In this document: positions 9,584-19,279 of the stretch, one piece after another
Layout of the letters: the number at the start of each line of letters is the position of its first letter
How positions within the stretch are numbered: the first letter of the stretch is position 1
From: an uncultured Candidatus Saccharibacteria bacterium
GTDB lineage: Bacteria > Patescibacteriota > Saccharimonadia > Saccharimonadales > Saccharimonadaceae
Length of the DNA stretch: 64,000 nucleotides
Reading direction: 5' to 3'
Assembly: GCA_947085845.1 (NCBI GenBank)
Contig: CAMTXO010000002.1
Coordinates: forward strand, 234,231 to 298,230
Position numbers and translations under genes: made by a program
The notes under the pieces: model-generated
What the model saw: the letters and a program-made list of their open reading frames with translations, nothing else
Database searches by the model: none
What the model was told of the DNA's origin: nothing

Positions 9584-10954
9584 ATGGCGAAGAAAAATTT
9601 TGACTATGATGTACTAGTAATCGGCAGCGGAGCCGGTGGTTCTATTGCTGCAACAGCTGTTGCCCGCCAAGGTAAACGAGTTGCGTTAGTAGAAATGAAT
9701 GCACTGGGTGGCGATTCTGCAAACTTTGGCGATGTACCGGCAGGTGCAGTACTAAATGTTGCCCGAATATTTTCTGAAGCAAAAAATGCTGGTAAATTTG
9801 GCATTCGCTCTAACACCATAGGATACAACTATCCTACGATAAAAGCGTGGAAAGAAAAGGTAGTTGCCAAAACGAGTTCTGGTGGAGGAAAACGCTACTA
9901 TCAATCAGTTGGCGTCACAGTCATACCAGGGTCGGCACATTTTATTAGCCCACACGAGGTCTCGGTAAATCGACGCCATATATCAGCTGAATACATTGTT
10001 ATTGCGAGTGGTGCCCAGTGGGCTCTACCAAAAATCAACGGAGTAGATAAAGTAAATTTATTGACTCCTGAAACTGCTCTGGAGCTAATTCGCCCACCAA
10101 AGAGCTTGTTTATTATTGGAGGAGGGGCTGTTGGTCTGGAATTTGCGAGACTCTTTAGCGCATTTGGCAGCAAGGTATACATTGGTGAAATCGCTCCGAG
10201 GCTTTTACCTAGAGAAGATGAAGAAGCTGGCAAATTGGCAGCTAAAATACTTTCTGAACAATACGGAGTCACCCCACTACTCGAAACAAGGGTGTCTCGA
10301 GTCAGCAAAGAAGCTGTTGCAAAACGTGTTACCTTCCTACGTGGACGCGAAGAGCACTCAGTAAAAGTTGAGGAAATTTTACTCGCGACCGGGAAAACCC
10401 CTCGTGTTGATATCGGACTTGAAAATGCAGGTGTCAACTATTCGCCGCGTGGTATAGAAGTGAACGAACATCTACAAACCAGCAACAAACATATTTTTGC
10501 AGCCGGTGATGTACTGGGTGGCTTTGGTTTAACCCATGTCGCACTGATGGAAAGTCGAATTGTTGCCCATAATATTTTGCATAAAAACAAAGTGACACCA
10601 AACTATCAAAGCATCCCGCGTATCACCTACATTACTCCCGAGATTGCCTCTGTTGGAATGAGCGAAGATGATTTGATTAAACGAGATCTCAACTACAAAA
10701 AATCTGTAGTGCCTTTGGGCATTGTTGGACGCTCTATTATTACGGATAACCATGAAGGATTCGTAAAGATACTTGCTGACAAGAAATCTGGACGCTTACT
10801 AGGTGCAACCGTTGCAGCTCCGTCTGCGGGGGAAATAATACACGAGCTCACACTTGCGATTCAACATGGCCTCACAGCTAGCGACATCGCAAATACTATG
10901 CATGCATTTCCTTCATGGAGTGAAGCGGTGCGTGTAGCTTGTGCGAAAATATAA
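9584..10954 (+). CDS. Pyridine nucleotide-disulfide oxidoreductase class I homolog (Lpd/MerA/GR-like) with a degenerate active site
   Basis: FAD motif VIGSGAGGS, NAD motif IIGGGAVGLEFA, and a dimerisation domain. The redox motif GGxCxxxGCxPSK is replaced by GGDSANFGDVPAG, and C-terminal HAHPT is replaced by HAFPS. Confidence 0.85.
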   Translation: MAKKNFDYDVLVIGSGAGGSIAATAVARQGKRVALVEMNALGGDSANFGDVPAGAVLNVARIFSEAKNAGKFGIRSNTIGYNYPTIKAWKEKVVAKTSSGGGKRYYQSVGVTVIPGSAHFISPHEVSVNRRHISAEYIVIASGAQWALPKINGVDKVNLLTPETALELIRPPKSLFIIGGGAVGLEFARLFSAFGSKVYIGEIAPRLLPREDEEAGKLAAKILSEQYGVTPLLETRVSRVSKEAVAKRVTFLRGREEHSVKVEEILLATGKTPRVDIGLENAGVNYSPRGIEVNEHLQTSNKHIFAAGDVLGGFGLTHVALMESRIVAHNILHKNKVTPNYQSIPRITYITPEIASVGMSEDDLIKRDLNYKKSVVPLGIVGRSIITDNHEGFVKILADKKSGRLLGATVAAPSAGEIIHELTLAIQHGLTASDIANTMHAFPSWSEAVRVACAKI

Positions 10955-11000
10955 TTGCATCCATATCTGTAAGGTGTTACAATAGGCTAACAACAAACGC

Positions 11001-11078
11001 CGCGGGGTGGAGCAGTCTGGTCAGCTCGTGTGGCTCATAACCACAAGGTCGTAGGTTCAAATCCTACCCCCGCTACCA
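11001..11078 (+). tRNA. Initiator tRNA-fMet (CAU)
   Basis: CGCGGGGTGGAGCAG...GGCTCATAACC...GGTTCAAATCC...CCCCGCTACCA. It is near-identical in pattern to E. coli tRNA-fMet and has an unpaired C1xU72. Confidence 0.9.
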
Positions 11079-11104
11079 AGAGAATTTATAAAATACCCAG
11101 TTAA

Positions 11105-11521
11105 CTACTGGGTATTTTTGTTGCCGAAAAAGAAATTGAGCCAAGCTTGAAAATTACTGGTTGAAAATGTTGTCTTGGCTTTGTTGGCTTGCGTCGAGAT
11201 AGTATCGCTTACAGTATTGGCGGGTAAGATTAACATATGTTCGCCTGCTGAAGCTTTTGAGAATTGCTGTCGTGCCTGAAGCTCTAAATATTCGTTGCTA
11301 GCAAAATAAGTATTTTCGAGTGCTAAATTATCAGCCTCGAGCTTGCTCGATTCAACTTCAGATGCCAGTACATCAACCTGACTCTGCAGCACGTAGTTAT
11401 TTTGCAAAGCACCCATAGTACTCCAGATAAAACCTGAAGCCATTAAAATAGCGGCGGTCAACACAACATTATCAAGTGTGTAGTACTGTTTTATTTGGTG
11501 ACGAATCTGATGAAAGTTCAT
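11105..11521 (-). CDS. Septum formation initiator (FtsB/DivIC-like) protein
   Basis: One N-terminal TM segment, a coiled coil, then YLELQARQQF...GEHMLIL, resembling the DivIC/FtsB C-terminal signature. Confidence 0.6.
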   Translation of the reverse strand: MNFHQIRHQIKQYYTLDNVVLTAAILMASGFIWSTMGALQNNYVLQSQVDVLASEVESSKLEADNLALENTYFASNEYLELQARQQFSKASAGEHMLILPANTVSDTISTQANKAKTTFSTSNFQAWLNFFFGNKNTQ

Positions 11522-11567
11522 ACTGCTATTGTACAGTAAGCATAAAAATTATATATCTTATTGAATC

Positions 11568-11801
11568 CTACTTCTGGCTGAGAGAGTTTGCTCTGATCTG
11601 TTTGAGTTCAACATTGGTGTTGTACTGCTCGACTTGCCCGCCTAGCGTAAAAAGGTCTATCAGAGAACCAACACCAAAAACACCGCCTGTGACAATCCAC
11701 ACGATACCAGTGCCAACTTTACCTAAATAAAAACGATGAATGCCTAGCCAGCCAAAAATACTGACACACCATAACACATACGCGACACCCTTTGACTTCA
11801 T
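11568..11801 (-). CDS. TM2 domain-containing small membrane protein
   Basis: GWLGIHRFYLGK...G.L.D pattern with two TM helices. Confidence 0.7.
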   Translation of the reverse strand: MKSKGVAYVLWCVSIFGWLGIHRFYLGKVGTGIVWIVTGGVFGVGSLIDLFTLGGQVEQYNTNVELKQIRANSLSQK

Positions 11802-11839
11802 GGTTGCTCCTAAAATAGGTTGTTTTTATAATTTCAATA

Positions 11840-11915
11840 TGGTGGGGGTGGTTGGATTTGAACCAACGGCCAATCAGTTATGAGCCGACTGCTCTAACCA
11901 CTGAGCTACACCCCC
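11840..11915 (-). tRNA. tRNA with CAU anticodon, probably tRNA-Ile2 (lysidine-modified)
   Basis: GGGGGTG acceptor, anticodon loop CTCATAA, and T arm GTTGG-TTCAAAT-CCAAC. The body resembles E. coli tRNA-Ile2 more than tRNA-Met. This is the third CAU tRNA in the window and tilS is present. Confidence 0.7.
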
Positions 11916-11944
11916 AGTGAAAACCATTATAACAGATTGAAAGT

Positions 11945-13054
11945 CTATTCCCAGCGGAAAACTTTGAAAGCTATAGCGTATATAACAATCAGCCAAATAG
12001 CCATTAAGCCTATTTGCGGCCCAAGTTCAAATAAATGCTTACCCTCGGTTGTAATGAGACGTATGCCGTCTATTACCGGCGTTAAAGGCAAGAATGTTGA
12101 TACATTTTGTAGCCACTCCGGCATAAGGAAGCGCGGAAAGAACGTGCCAGAAAGAAACATCATAGGAAATACAATAATATTTGTTAGTGGTGCTGCTTGT
12201 CGTTCATTCTTTGCCCAACCACCAAGTGCAAGTCCTATCCCTAAAATAAGTGTGATGCTAAATACTAAGAACAACACCAGCTCGGCATAATTTCCAACCA
12301 CTTTTAACTTAAAGACAATGATTGCAACGATGAACATTATAGCCAGAGCCAGCAAACCAATGATTGCTTGTCCTATCATGGTAGATAAGAAATATTGCCA
12401 CACCTTTAATGGGGTAGTGCTGAGACGACGCAAAATACCCATTTTCTTGAGCTCGGGAAATACATTAACTGGACCAAAAATACCCATACCAATAATGGCA
12501 AAACCGAGTAGCCCCGCAAAAGCATAGTCAAAAGGAGAAAGGCTTTTTTGCTTAATTTCTTTTGAAGTTACCACGAAAGGTGTTTCGGTTTGTACAAATT
12601 TATTATTGATTCCTTTGAACTGCGCATCCAATATTGAGGAGAGTGCTTGTCCAGATGATTGGTTATTTTGAGTGTACCGTACCTCTGCTTTACCACTTGG
12701 AAATGCCTGACCAGGTTGAATATCACCGAAGCTAGTTGGCAGTATAATCGTTGCGTCGATTTGAGATTTGGTCATTTTATCTTTTGCCTGAGAAAGTGTT
12801 TTCACTTCATCATCAACTTTCAATACATCGCCTTTTGTGGCGTTTTTAACAAATTCTTTTGCAAACTGACTATCAGAATTGTTGATAAGCGCAACTCTTA
12901 AAGATATGTCTCCGCTACCGCTATTGAGTCCGCCGAAGACAAACAAGAATATAAGCGGAAAGCCTATAGTGAAAAAGATTGCTAATTTGTCACGAAAAAA
13001 TCGCTTTGTGTTAATACGGACAAAAGCAAGTACGGTATAAAGCGATTTATTCAC
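11945..13054 (-). CDS. ABC-2 type transporter permease
   Basis: Large extracytoplasmic loop after TM1, then 5 C-terminal TM segments. It lies downstream of the ABC ATPase. A GTG at 13054 overlaps the ATPase stop (GTGAATAA). The ORF-track start at 13090 is the alternative. Confidence 0.8.
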   Translation of the reverse strand: MNKSLYTVLAFVRINTKRFFRDKLAIFFTIGFPLIFLFVFGGLNSGSGDISLRVALINNSDSQFAKEFVKNATKGDVLKVDDEVKTLSQAKDKMTKSQIDATIILPTSFGDIQPGQAFPSGKAEVRYTQNNQSSGQALSSILDAQFKGINNKFVQTETPFVVTSKEIKQKSLSPFDYAFAGLLGFAIIGMGIFGPVNVFPELKKMGILRRLSTTPLKVWQYFLSTMIGQAIIGLLALAIMFIVAIIVFKLKVVGNYAELVLFLVFSITLILGIGLALGGWAKNERQAAPLTNIIVFPMMFLSGTFFPRFLMPEWLQNVSTFLPLTPVIDGIRLITTEGKHLFELGPQIGLMAIWLIVIYAIAFKVFRWE

Positions 13055-13805
13055 CTTGTAGCCCCTTTCCGGTAAGATCGATAAATACATCTTCGAGGTT
13101 GGCTTGTTCTACATGCTGATCTTTCTTGAATCCACGCTTGAGTAGTTGTTTGATAAGATTTTTTGGCGTGTCTAGCGCAATGATCTTACCGTTGTCCATA
13201 ACAGCAATTCGGTCACATAGCACTTCCGCTTCATCCATGTAATGAGTTGTCATAACAACACTGATCCCTTTATCACGTACCTGTTCTATCAGCTCCCATA
13301 AATTTCGCCTAGCTTGTGGGTCTAAGCCTGTTGTTGGCTCGTCTAAGAAAAAGACCTTTGGACCATGCACAAGGGCTGTGGTAATAGACAGCCGCTGCTT
13401 TTGACCGCCAGATAACTCTTCAACATAGTTGTTGGCTTTTTCTTCAAGCCCTACGTCTTTTAGAAACTCCATTGGGTCTACTCGTTCACCGTAAGCAGCA
13501 GCAAACATTTGAACTACTTCGGTTAGCTTAGTTTTGTCTTGAAAAGCAGGAGTTTGCGGTTGCACACCAATAAGATACTTGATAGTGTTTGGATCTTTGG
13601 CGACATCAATACCGTCGATTATGGCCGAACCGCTATCAATTGGTCGCAAAGTTTCCATCATCTCAAGAGTTGTAGTCTTTCCCGCACCATTTGGCCCAAG
13701 AATACCGAATATTTCACCCTTTTTTACCTCAAAGCTAACACCGTTAACAGCTTGCTTATCACCGTAGCGTTTTTTGAGGTTTTTCACCTTTATCATCACA
13801 CTCAT
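13047..13805 (-). CDS. ABC transporter ATP-binding protein
   Basis: Walker A GPNGAGKTT, signature LSGGQKQR, Walker B FLDEPTTGLD. Confidence 0.93.
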   Translation of the reverse strand: MSVMIKVKNLKKRYGDKQAVNGVSFEVKKGEIFGILGPNGAGKTTTLEMMETLRPIDSGSAIIDGIDVAKDPNTIKYLIGVQPQTPAFQDKTKLTEVVQMFAAAYGERVDPMEFLKDVGLEEKANNYVEELSGGQKQRLSITTALVHGPKVFFLDEPTTGLDPQARRNLWELIEQVRDKGISVVMTTHYMDEAEVLCDRIAVMDNGKIIALDTPKNLIKQLLKRGFKKDQHVEQANLEDVFIDLTGKGLQGE

Positions 13806-13845
13806 TGCTATCCACTATACCGTTCTTTCCTGTATCAGACAACCA

Positions 13846-13875
13846 AAAAACCCCGACCGGAGTCGGGGCGTTTTT
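13846..13875 (-). terminator. Intrinsic (bidirectional) terminator
   Basis: AAAAAACCCCGAC-CGGA-GTCGGGGCGTTTTT. Confidence 0.75.
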
Positions 13876-13939
13876 AGCACCTTTTTGTTTGTACCTAGTC
13901 TAACGTATAACGTCAACCAAGGGCAAGCAAAAAATGATG

Positions 13940-14146
13940 TTATTTTTTCTTAAGTGTCAAAAAGCCGTTACGTGGGTTTTCTTGAACTTTTCGGTCACCT
14001 GGTAGGTCACATGGTTCACCCTTTTCGTTCTTTGGTTTTTTAGCAAAAAAGTAGATTGTGTACGTTTTGCCACCTCGCAGTTGTACGTCTTTTTTATGCA
14101 AGTAGTATGTTACACCCTTTGAATTTGTGTGCTCGTAAGCTGCCAT
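13940..14146 (-). CDS. Small basic conserved-looking hypothetical protein (68 aa)
   Basis: Strong SD (AAGGAGGAGA) upstream. Contains KGVTYYLH...RGGK.YTIYFF...ENPRNGFLTLKK. No function known to me. Confidence 0.55.
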   Translation of the reverse strand: MAAYEHTNSKGVTYYLHKKDVQLRGGKTYTIYFFAKKPKNEKGEPCDLPGDRKVQENPRNGFLTLKKK

Positions 14147-14218
14147 AGTCTCTCCTCCTTGTTTAAAATAATGGCTACGAACTTTAGATTAAACCCCTGC
14201 GCCACAGATGTCAACACT

Positions 14219-14878
14219 TTAGAGCACTTTTGCGCGTCTTTTGATGATAAAACGTAATGAATAAAGAGCAATCAACCTCAGTAAAATAAATAGCGAGAGT
14301 GAAAATATGATAATTACTAAAATGCCCGCAAAATCGAACGAAATTAGAGGTGATGCAAAGTTATATCGATACTCTTCGGGGTGAGGAATATTCGCTGCAA
14401 CTTGTTGATTTTCTGGCAGCTCACCAACTATATTTTGTACACATGTCACATAATCATCCCTAAATGAGGCGGCCCCTCCATCGAAGCGAGCACGGCAGTC
14501 TATAGCTGCTTTTTGATAGATATCACTGTTGGTATTGTGAGCATTACTTGCGACTTCTATTGCCTTATCATAGTCACGAAGGTAAATGTTCTCTAAAAAG
14601 ACTCCGCTGGGCATCTGACTATTCATGTGAGAAGTCACATAGTTCTGCAATTCTATAAGCTGCTTTTTTGCCTCGTTCGAGTCGAGCTTTTTATCAGCCT
14701 GAATAACTGCATCGCGATGATGTATCATGCCAATGTTGTTAAGCCGTAAAAGAGTAGCAGCAATAAAACCACACAAAATGAGCAGTATCAAAAGCTGCCA
14801 TGTTTTGGCTTTTTTGAGCCACTTCAATGCTTTTTTCGCAGTGAAGCGATCTTTAGTTGGCGCCCACCTCTTATACAT
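14219..14878 (-). CDS. Hypothetical bitopic membrane protein
   Basis: ORF with one TM segment at each end. No motif recognised. Confidence 0.5.
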   Translation of the reverse strand: MYKRWAPTKDRFTAKKALKWLKKAKTWQLLILLILCGFIAATLLRLNNIGMIHHRDAVIQADKKLDSNEAKKQLIELQNYVTSHMNSQMPSGVFLENIYLRDYDKAIEVASNAHNTNSDIYQKAAIDCRARFDGGAASFRDDYVTCVQNIVGELPENQQVAANIPHPEEYRYNFASPLISFDFAGILVIIIFSLSLFILLRLIALYSLRFIIKRRAKVL

Positions 14879-14890
14879 AACTATTGTGTA

Positions 14891-16138
14891 TTATACACGA
14901 TGGATGAAGCGAGTGAGTATGCCACGACGATAAACAGCTGTAGTGTGTAGGCCTATTAGTAGCATTAGTGGAGCAAAAATAAAGTAAATATTTTTCAGCG
15001 CATCTTGATCTCCCATAAAACCCGTGAGACAAGCGAGTAGTAGCATTGCCAGTGTATCTCCAACGACCAACATAGTTGTCATAGCTGTAATATAGACTAT
15101 TCTGTACCCTGGCAAGCCATCAGCAGTATCGAAGATTCCTCGTAGCGCAGGCAACATGTAGCCCGTTGTGACTACTTCGTTTGCAACATTCACACTAGCA
15201 ACCTGAAGTGGAGTGCCAACAAATGGCCGACTAAGGTATACCAAGAAATCACCTATAACGCTGAGTTGGAGTAGCGTTTTGCCTTTGCGATTATCCACTA
15301 ATTTCCCGTAGACATATGAGATAGCGATTGATGCAAAAAGTGCTACTGAGCTCAACACCCCGAGCTGTAAATAGCTGCCATTGTTGATAGACCCAAACAC
15401 AACAACGATAATAAACATACTCCACATGACCCCGGAAGCATTCATATCCAAGCCGGCTGCGATTTGTGCAATCATCGGTTTCCATGCAATCTTGATATTA
15501 AAATGTTTGAGCGTAATTTTTTGATGAACTTTGACCGGTTCATTCGTAAAGAACAGGGGTAATGCAGATCCTAACATCAGTAGGCCTGCAACCAAAATCA
15601 TAATAATTGGCCCAAATAGCAGCGCAACAACCCCGCCGAATATAGGCCCAAATGCAGTCATGACTCTTTCGATAATCTGCATAATTCCTAGTTCTTTTCC
15701 AGAATGTTCAACATGTTTTACTTTTGAAAAATCAACGAGATAGCATACGTCGTAAAGCGAGCGCGAAAAGCCTGCCAATGGCACAAGAAGCGCAAACGCC
15801 CAAACCCCCCAAGTAGGAACAAGTGCCATAGCGATCGCCGAAAAAACAAAAAGAATGTTTGAGATAAGTGTTCCATGCTTTGGTCCGTAACGGGCAACGG
15901 TAAGAGCAACTAGTGGCGACATCAGAACTCTCGCGCTAAAATAAATAACAAAATACCAGGCAAGCCAGTGAATACTGTAGCCAAGTTGGTAAAAATAAAT
16001 AGCGCTAAAACCACCCATCATCTGCATAGCCATAACTCGTAGCATTCGCGACGAATACAGCTCGGCCATTTCAGAAATACTAACAGAGCGCCAGAAATGA
16101 GTGCGCCTGATGAAAATATGAAGAAAATGTTGGATCAT
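14891..16138 (-). CDS. MFS-type transporter
   Basis: About 12 TM helices of MFS-like size and topology. Confidence 0.65.
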   Translation of the reverse strand: MIQHFLHIFIRRTHFWRSVSISEMAELYSSRMLRVMAMQMMGGFSAIYFYQLGYSIHWLAWYFVIYFSARVLMSPLVALTVARYGPKHGTLISNILFVFSAIAMALVPTWGVWAFALLVPLAGFSRSLYDVCYLVDFSKVKHVEHSGKELGIMQIIERVMTAFGPIFGGVVALLFGPIIMILVAGLLMLGSALPLFFTNEPVKVHQKITLKHFNIKIAWKPMIAQIAAGLDMNASGVMWSMFIIVVVFGSINNGSYLQLGVLSSVALFASIAISYVYGKLVDNRKGKTLLQLSVIGDFLVYLSRPFVGTPLQVASVNVANEVVTTGYMLPALRGIFDTADGLPGYRIVYITAMTTMLVVGDTLAMLLLACLTGFMGDQDALKNIYFIFAPLMLLIGLHTTAVYRRGILTRFIHRV

Positions 16139-16185
16139 GTTTGTTTTTTAACCGTTTCGTCTAGTTTATCAGTTAAAATGGTTTT

Positions 16186-17391
16186 ATGCACATATACTTT
16201 TCTGGTATTGGTGGTGTTGGACTAGGGCCACTTGCTGAGATTGCACTAGATGCTGGCTACGGTGTTTCAGGTTCAGATGCAAATGACTCACCTATGTTTC
16301 GTCAATTACAAAAACGTGGCGCCGAAGTCCATCTTGGTCAGGAAGTTGCCGTCATCAATCAGTTGAATGCGACACAGCCAATTGATTGGCTAGTATATAC
16401 TTCTGCCCTGCCAGATAACCATCCAGAACTAGAGTTTGCTCGGTCTAATGGAATAAAAACTAGTAAACGAGATGAACTTTTAGCAACTATCATCAAAGAA
16501 AAGGGCTTGAAATTAATTGCTGTGAGCGGTACCCATGGAAAAACAACCACGACTGCAATGGTCGTGTGGTTGTTCCATCAGCTCGGCTTGCCTGTCAGCT
16601 ACTCTATCGGTTCGTCAATTAGCTTTGGGCCAAGTGGCGTATTTGATCCGAATAGTGAATATTTTGTCTACGAGTGCGATGAGTTTGACCGTAATTTCTT
16701 GAACTTTCACCCATATATAAGCTTGATACCGAGCCAGAGTTTTGACCATAGCGACACATACGCCAGTCAGGATGATTACGACAATGCATTTGACCAGTTT
16801 AAGTCACAGAGCAATACAACAATAACGTGGCGGGATGCTGTAACAGACGGCATAACATTGATTGGCGAGCATAATCGTACAAATGGCGGCCTAGCCATCC
16901 TGGGTATGCAGAAAATTGTCAGTCAATCGCGAGACGAACTAGTTGGTCTGCTTAATAGCTTTCCTGGCACTGCCAGACGATTTGAAAAACTAGCAGAAAA
17001 TCTATACAGCGATTATGCCCACCATCCAGAAGAGATCTCCGCCACCTTGCAGTTAGCACGCGAGTTGTCAGAGCATGTTGTTGTTGTCTACCAGCCTCAT
17101 CAAAACATACGCCAGCATGAAATAAGCTACGGTCACTGTTTTGATCAATCAGAAAAAGTGTACTGGCTTCCGACATATCTTAGCCGCGAAGATCCTAGCT
17201 TGGCAATTCTAGCCCCTGAAGAATTGGCTAAAGACATACCAGCCGACAAAGTGGTTTTTTCTCATCTAGATGCGCAGCTGCTGTCTGATATAAAGAGTCA
17301 GCTGGCTGACAACAAGCTAGTAGTCTTAATGGGGGCTGGATCAATCGATAGCTGGATTCGAGAGAATATTACACTTTTGGGCCAAGGCTAG
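16186..17391 (+). CDS. murC: Mur ligase family protein, MurC-like (UDP-N-acetylmuramate--L-alanine ligase), short form
   Basis: N-terminus HIYFSGIGGVGLGPLAEIALDAGYGVSGSD (MurC/Mpl Rossmann domain) and the central P-loop-like GTHGKTTTT. Confidence 0.75.
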   Translation: MHIYFSGIGGVGLGPLAEIALDAGYGVSGSDANDSPMFRQLQKRGAEVHLGQEVAVINQLNATQPIDWLVYTSALPDNHPELEFARSNGIKTSKRDELLATIIKEKGLKLIAVSGTHGKTTTTAMVVWLFHQLGLPVSYSIGSSISFGPSGVFDPNSEYFVYECDEFDRNFLNFHPYISLIPSQSFDHSDTYASQDDYDNAFDQFKSQSNTTITWRDAVTDGITLIGEHNRTNGGLAILGMQKIVSQSRDELVGLLNSFPGTARRFEKLAENLYSDYAHHPEEISATLQLARELSEHVVVVYQPHQNIRQHEISYGHCFDQSEKVYWLPTYLSREDPSLAILAPEELAKDIPADKVVFSHLDAQLLSDIKSQLADNKLVVLMGAGSIDSWIRENITLLGQG

Positions 17392-18241
17392 ATATATCTT
17401 GATACTGCGACAACTTTATATCACTGTGTTTTTTGAGTTCACTCAGTAGTTTCTTTTTGAATTCTGTCGTGATTGCAAATTGATCGCCTGGCTGTGTCTT
17501 GCCTGCAATTCTCACTTCGAGAGCAGTGTCGCTAAAGGCGCCAAGATTTAAAAGTGTGGGTGGTTCGATAATTTTCTTTTGCCATTTTTCATCACTAGCA
17601 AGCTTGAGTCCTATTTTCTCTATGATTGACGTTAGCTTATCGATGTCAGTTTCTGGAGATACAGCTAGTGTAAAGTACACCTTTGAATATCCCATTGTTT
17701 TGTTGATAGTATGAAATACGGTGCCGTTAGCTATGTAGTGTACGTTACCTGCATCATCACGAATAACAGTACTACGAAGTGTAATATGCTCAACCTTGCC
17801 AACTGCGCCATCAATTTCGACTTCGTCACCAACTCGAAATTGATTTTCAACAATTATGAAGGTGCCAGATATAAAGTCTTTGATAATTGACTGTGCTCCA
17901 AAGCCAATAACCGCACCCAATACACCTGCACTGGCTAGAAGCGGTAATAGATTAACATTTGGGAAGAACACCCCAAAAAGAGCCAAACCAGCCCCAATAA
18001 AGACGAGCAGTTTCCAAACAATCACCGATATGCTGATAATGGTATCTTGGCGCTTCTTTACATCAATAATGGACTGATTCTGTCGAATGATATGACGACC
18101 ATGTACAATTCGTCGAACACTAGTCTTTATTATTTGTTCTCCAAGGTACTCCGCAATACATGCAATGACAATAATCACTACAATCGCAAACCAGTGCGAG
18201 GAGAGCCATTGAGCTTCGTCTTTTAGTTCATATAGTTGCAT
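17369..18241 (-). CDS. Small-conductance mechanosensitive channel (MscS family)
   Basis: 3 TM helices followed by FRVGD..EI.G..G.V..I.LR.T beta-domain signature. Confidence 0.82.
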   Translation of the reverse strand: MQLYELKDEAQWLSSHWFAIVVIIVIACIAEYLGEQIIKTSVRRIVHGRHIIRQNQSIIDVKKRQDTIISISVIVWKLLVFIGAGLALFGVFFPNVNLLPLLASAGVLGAVIGFGAQSIIKDFISGTFIIVENQFRVGDEVEIDGAVGKVEHITLRSTVIRDDAGNVHYIANGTVFHTINKTMGYSKVYFTLAVSPETDIDKLTSIIEKIGLKLASDEKWQKKIIEPPTLLNLGAFSDTALEVRIAGKTQPGDQFAITTEFKKKLLSELKKHSDIKLSQYQDISSLGPKV

Positions 18242-18257
18242 ATCTATATAGTATCAC

Positions 18258-18713
18258 CTACTCTGTGGCACCGTCACTCGGCGCTATTTGCTGCCCCGTT
18301 AAACCAAGCTGTGAATCATCTAGAATGCTTTGATGAAAAATGTCGTATTGTTCTAAATTTTTAGATCGCTTGTCATACATGGTTAGAAAATCTTTCATAA
18401 CCTTGCCGTCGAGTGAGCCATTTGATGAAAAATTGTCACTGTTGTTGTCGTCGTGATCAATCTGTTGACGAACTGACTCATAGCCTGGACGAGAAAGATC
18501 AAGTTTAGCAGTGTCGCTAATGAAATAAAGTGTCATATTGAGTACAGTCAGTAGAATTGCCGCAACAATCGCCAAGCCTATGCCAAAGGGTAATCCGTAG
18601 CGGCTTGCTAGTACATCCATTTTACGAACAAACCAATTGTCTGGTTTTTTACGAGAGAATACATGCTGTAGCTTGTGTGTTAGTGTATGTTTTTTACGTG
18701 CAAAAAAATTCAT
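18258..18713 (-). CDS. Hypothetical membrane-anchored protein
   Basis: ORF with one TM segment. No motif. Confidence 0.45.
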   Translation of the reverse strand: MNFFARKKHTLTHKLQHVFSRKKPDNWFVRKMDVLASRYGLPFGIGLAIVAAILLTVLNMTLYFISDTAKLDLSRPGYESVRQQIDHDDNNSDNFSSNGSLDGKVMKDFLTMYDKRSKNLEQYDIFHQSILDDSQLGLTGQQIAPSDGATE

Positions 18714-18715
18714 AA

Positions 18716-19240
18716 CTATTGCACCTCACTTCGCAATTTCACTACATTTCCTCTATATTCACCAGTCAGCGTCGATAGTACGCTGACATCGTTTGCTAGA
18801 TTTTGTCGTTGATTACGAGCTTCTTCAATATAGCCGTAGAATTTTACTGGATCGGTCTTGCATTTGACTCGCAATGACGCAGTGATAGCATCGTCATATT
18901 CTTTGTAATGGTCTTTGAAGCTTTCAAGGGCTTGCTGGTACCTTTTTGTGGTGTCTACTAAAAATGATGCTGAGTTGTTGTAGCCACCAGAAGTTGCGCG
19001 GCTATTGAGAGGTGTCATAAGGCGTGATACAAGAGTTTCATAGCCCTGTCCACGATTTACTCTGGTTGCAGCATCATTATGTTGAATACGCTGCAATGTA
19101 GTTTGTGCTCCTACACAACTTTCTACGATAATTGCCTGCTTTTCGGCTGTCATATTTGTTTCGGCCTTCGTGCTTGAAGCAAACCCTAAGACAATCAATC
19201 CAGGAAGCAGCAATACACTAAAAGTTTTTCTTTTATTCAT
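18716..19240 (-). CDS. Hypothetical secreted protein
   Basis: N-terminal signal peptide (LLLPGLIVLGFASSTKA). No motif. Confidence 0.5.
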   Translation of the reverse strand: MNKRKTFSVLLLPGLIVLGFASSTKAETNMTAEKQAIIVESCVGAQTTLQRIQHNDAATRVNRGQGYETLVSRLMTPLNSRATSGGYNNSASFLVDTTKRYQQALESFKDHYKEYDDAITASLRVKCKTDPVKFYGYIEEARNQRQNLANDVSVLSTLTGEYRGNVVKLRSEVQ

Positions 19241-19279
19241 CGTCTACCATTATAAACTAAAAGTTTAGCAGTCGCTTAT

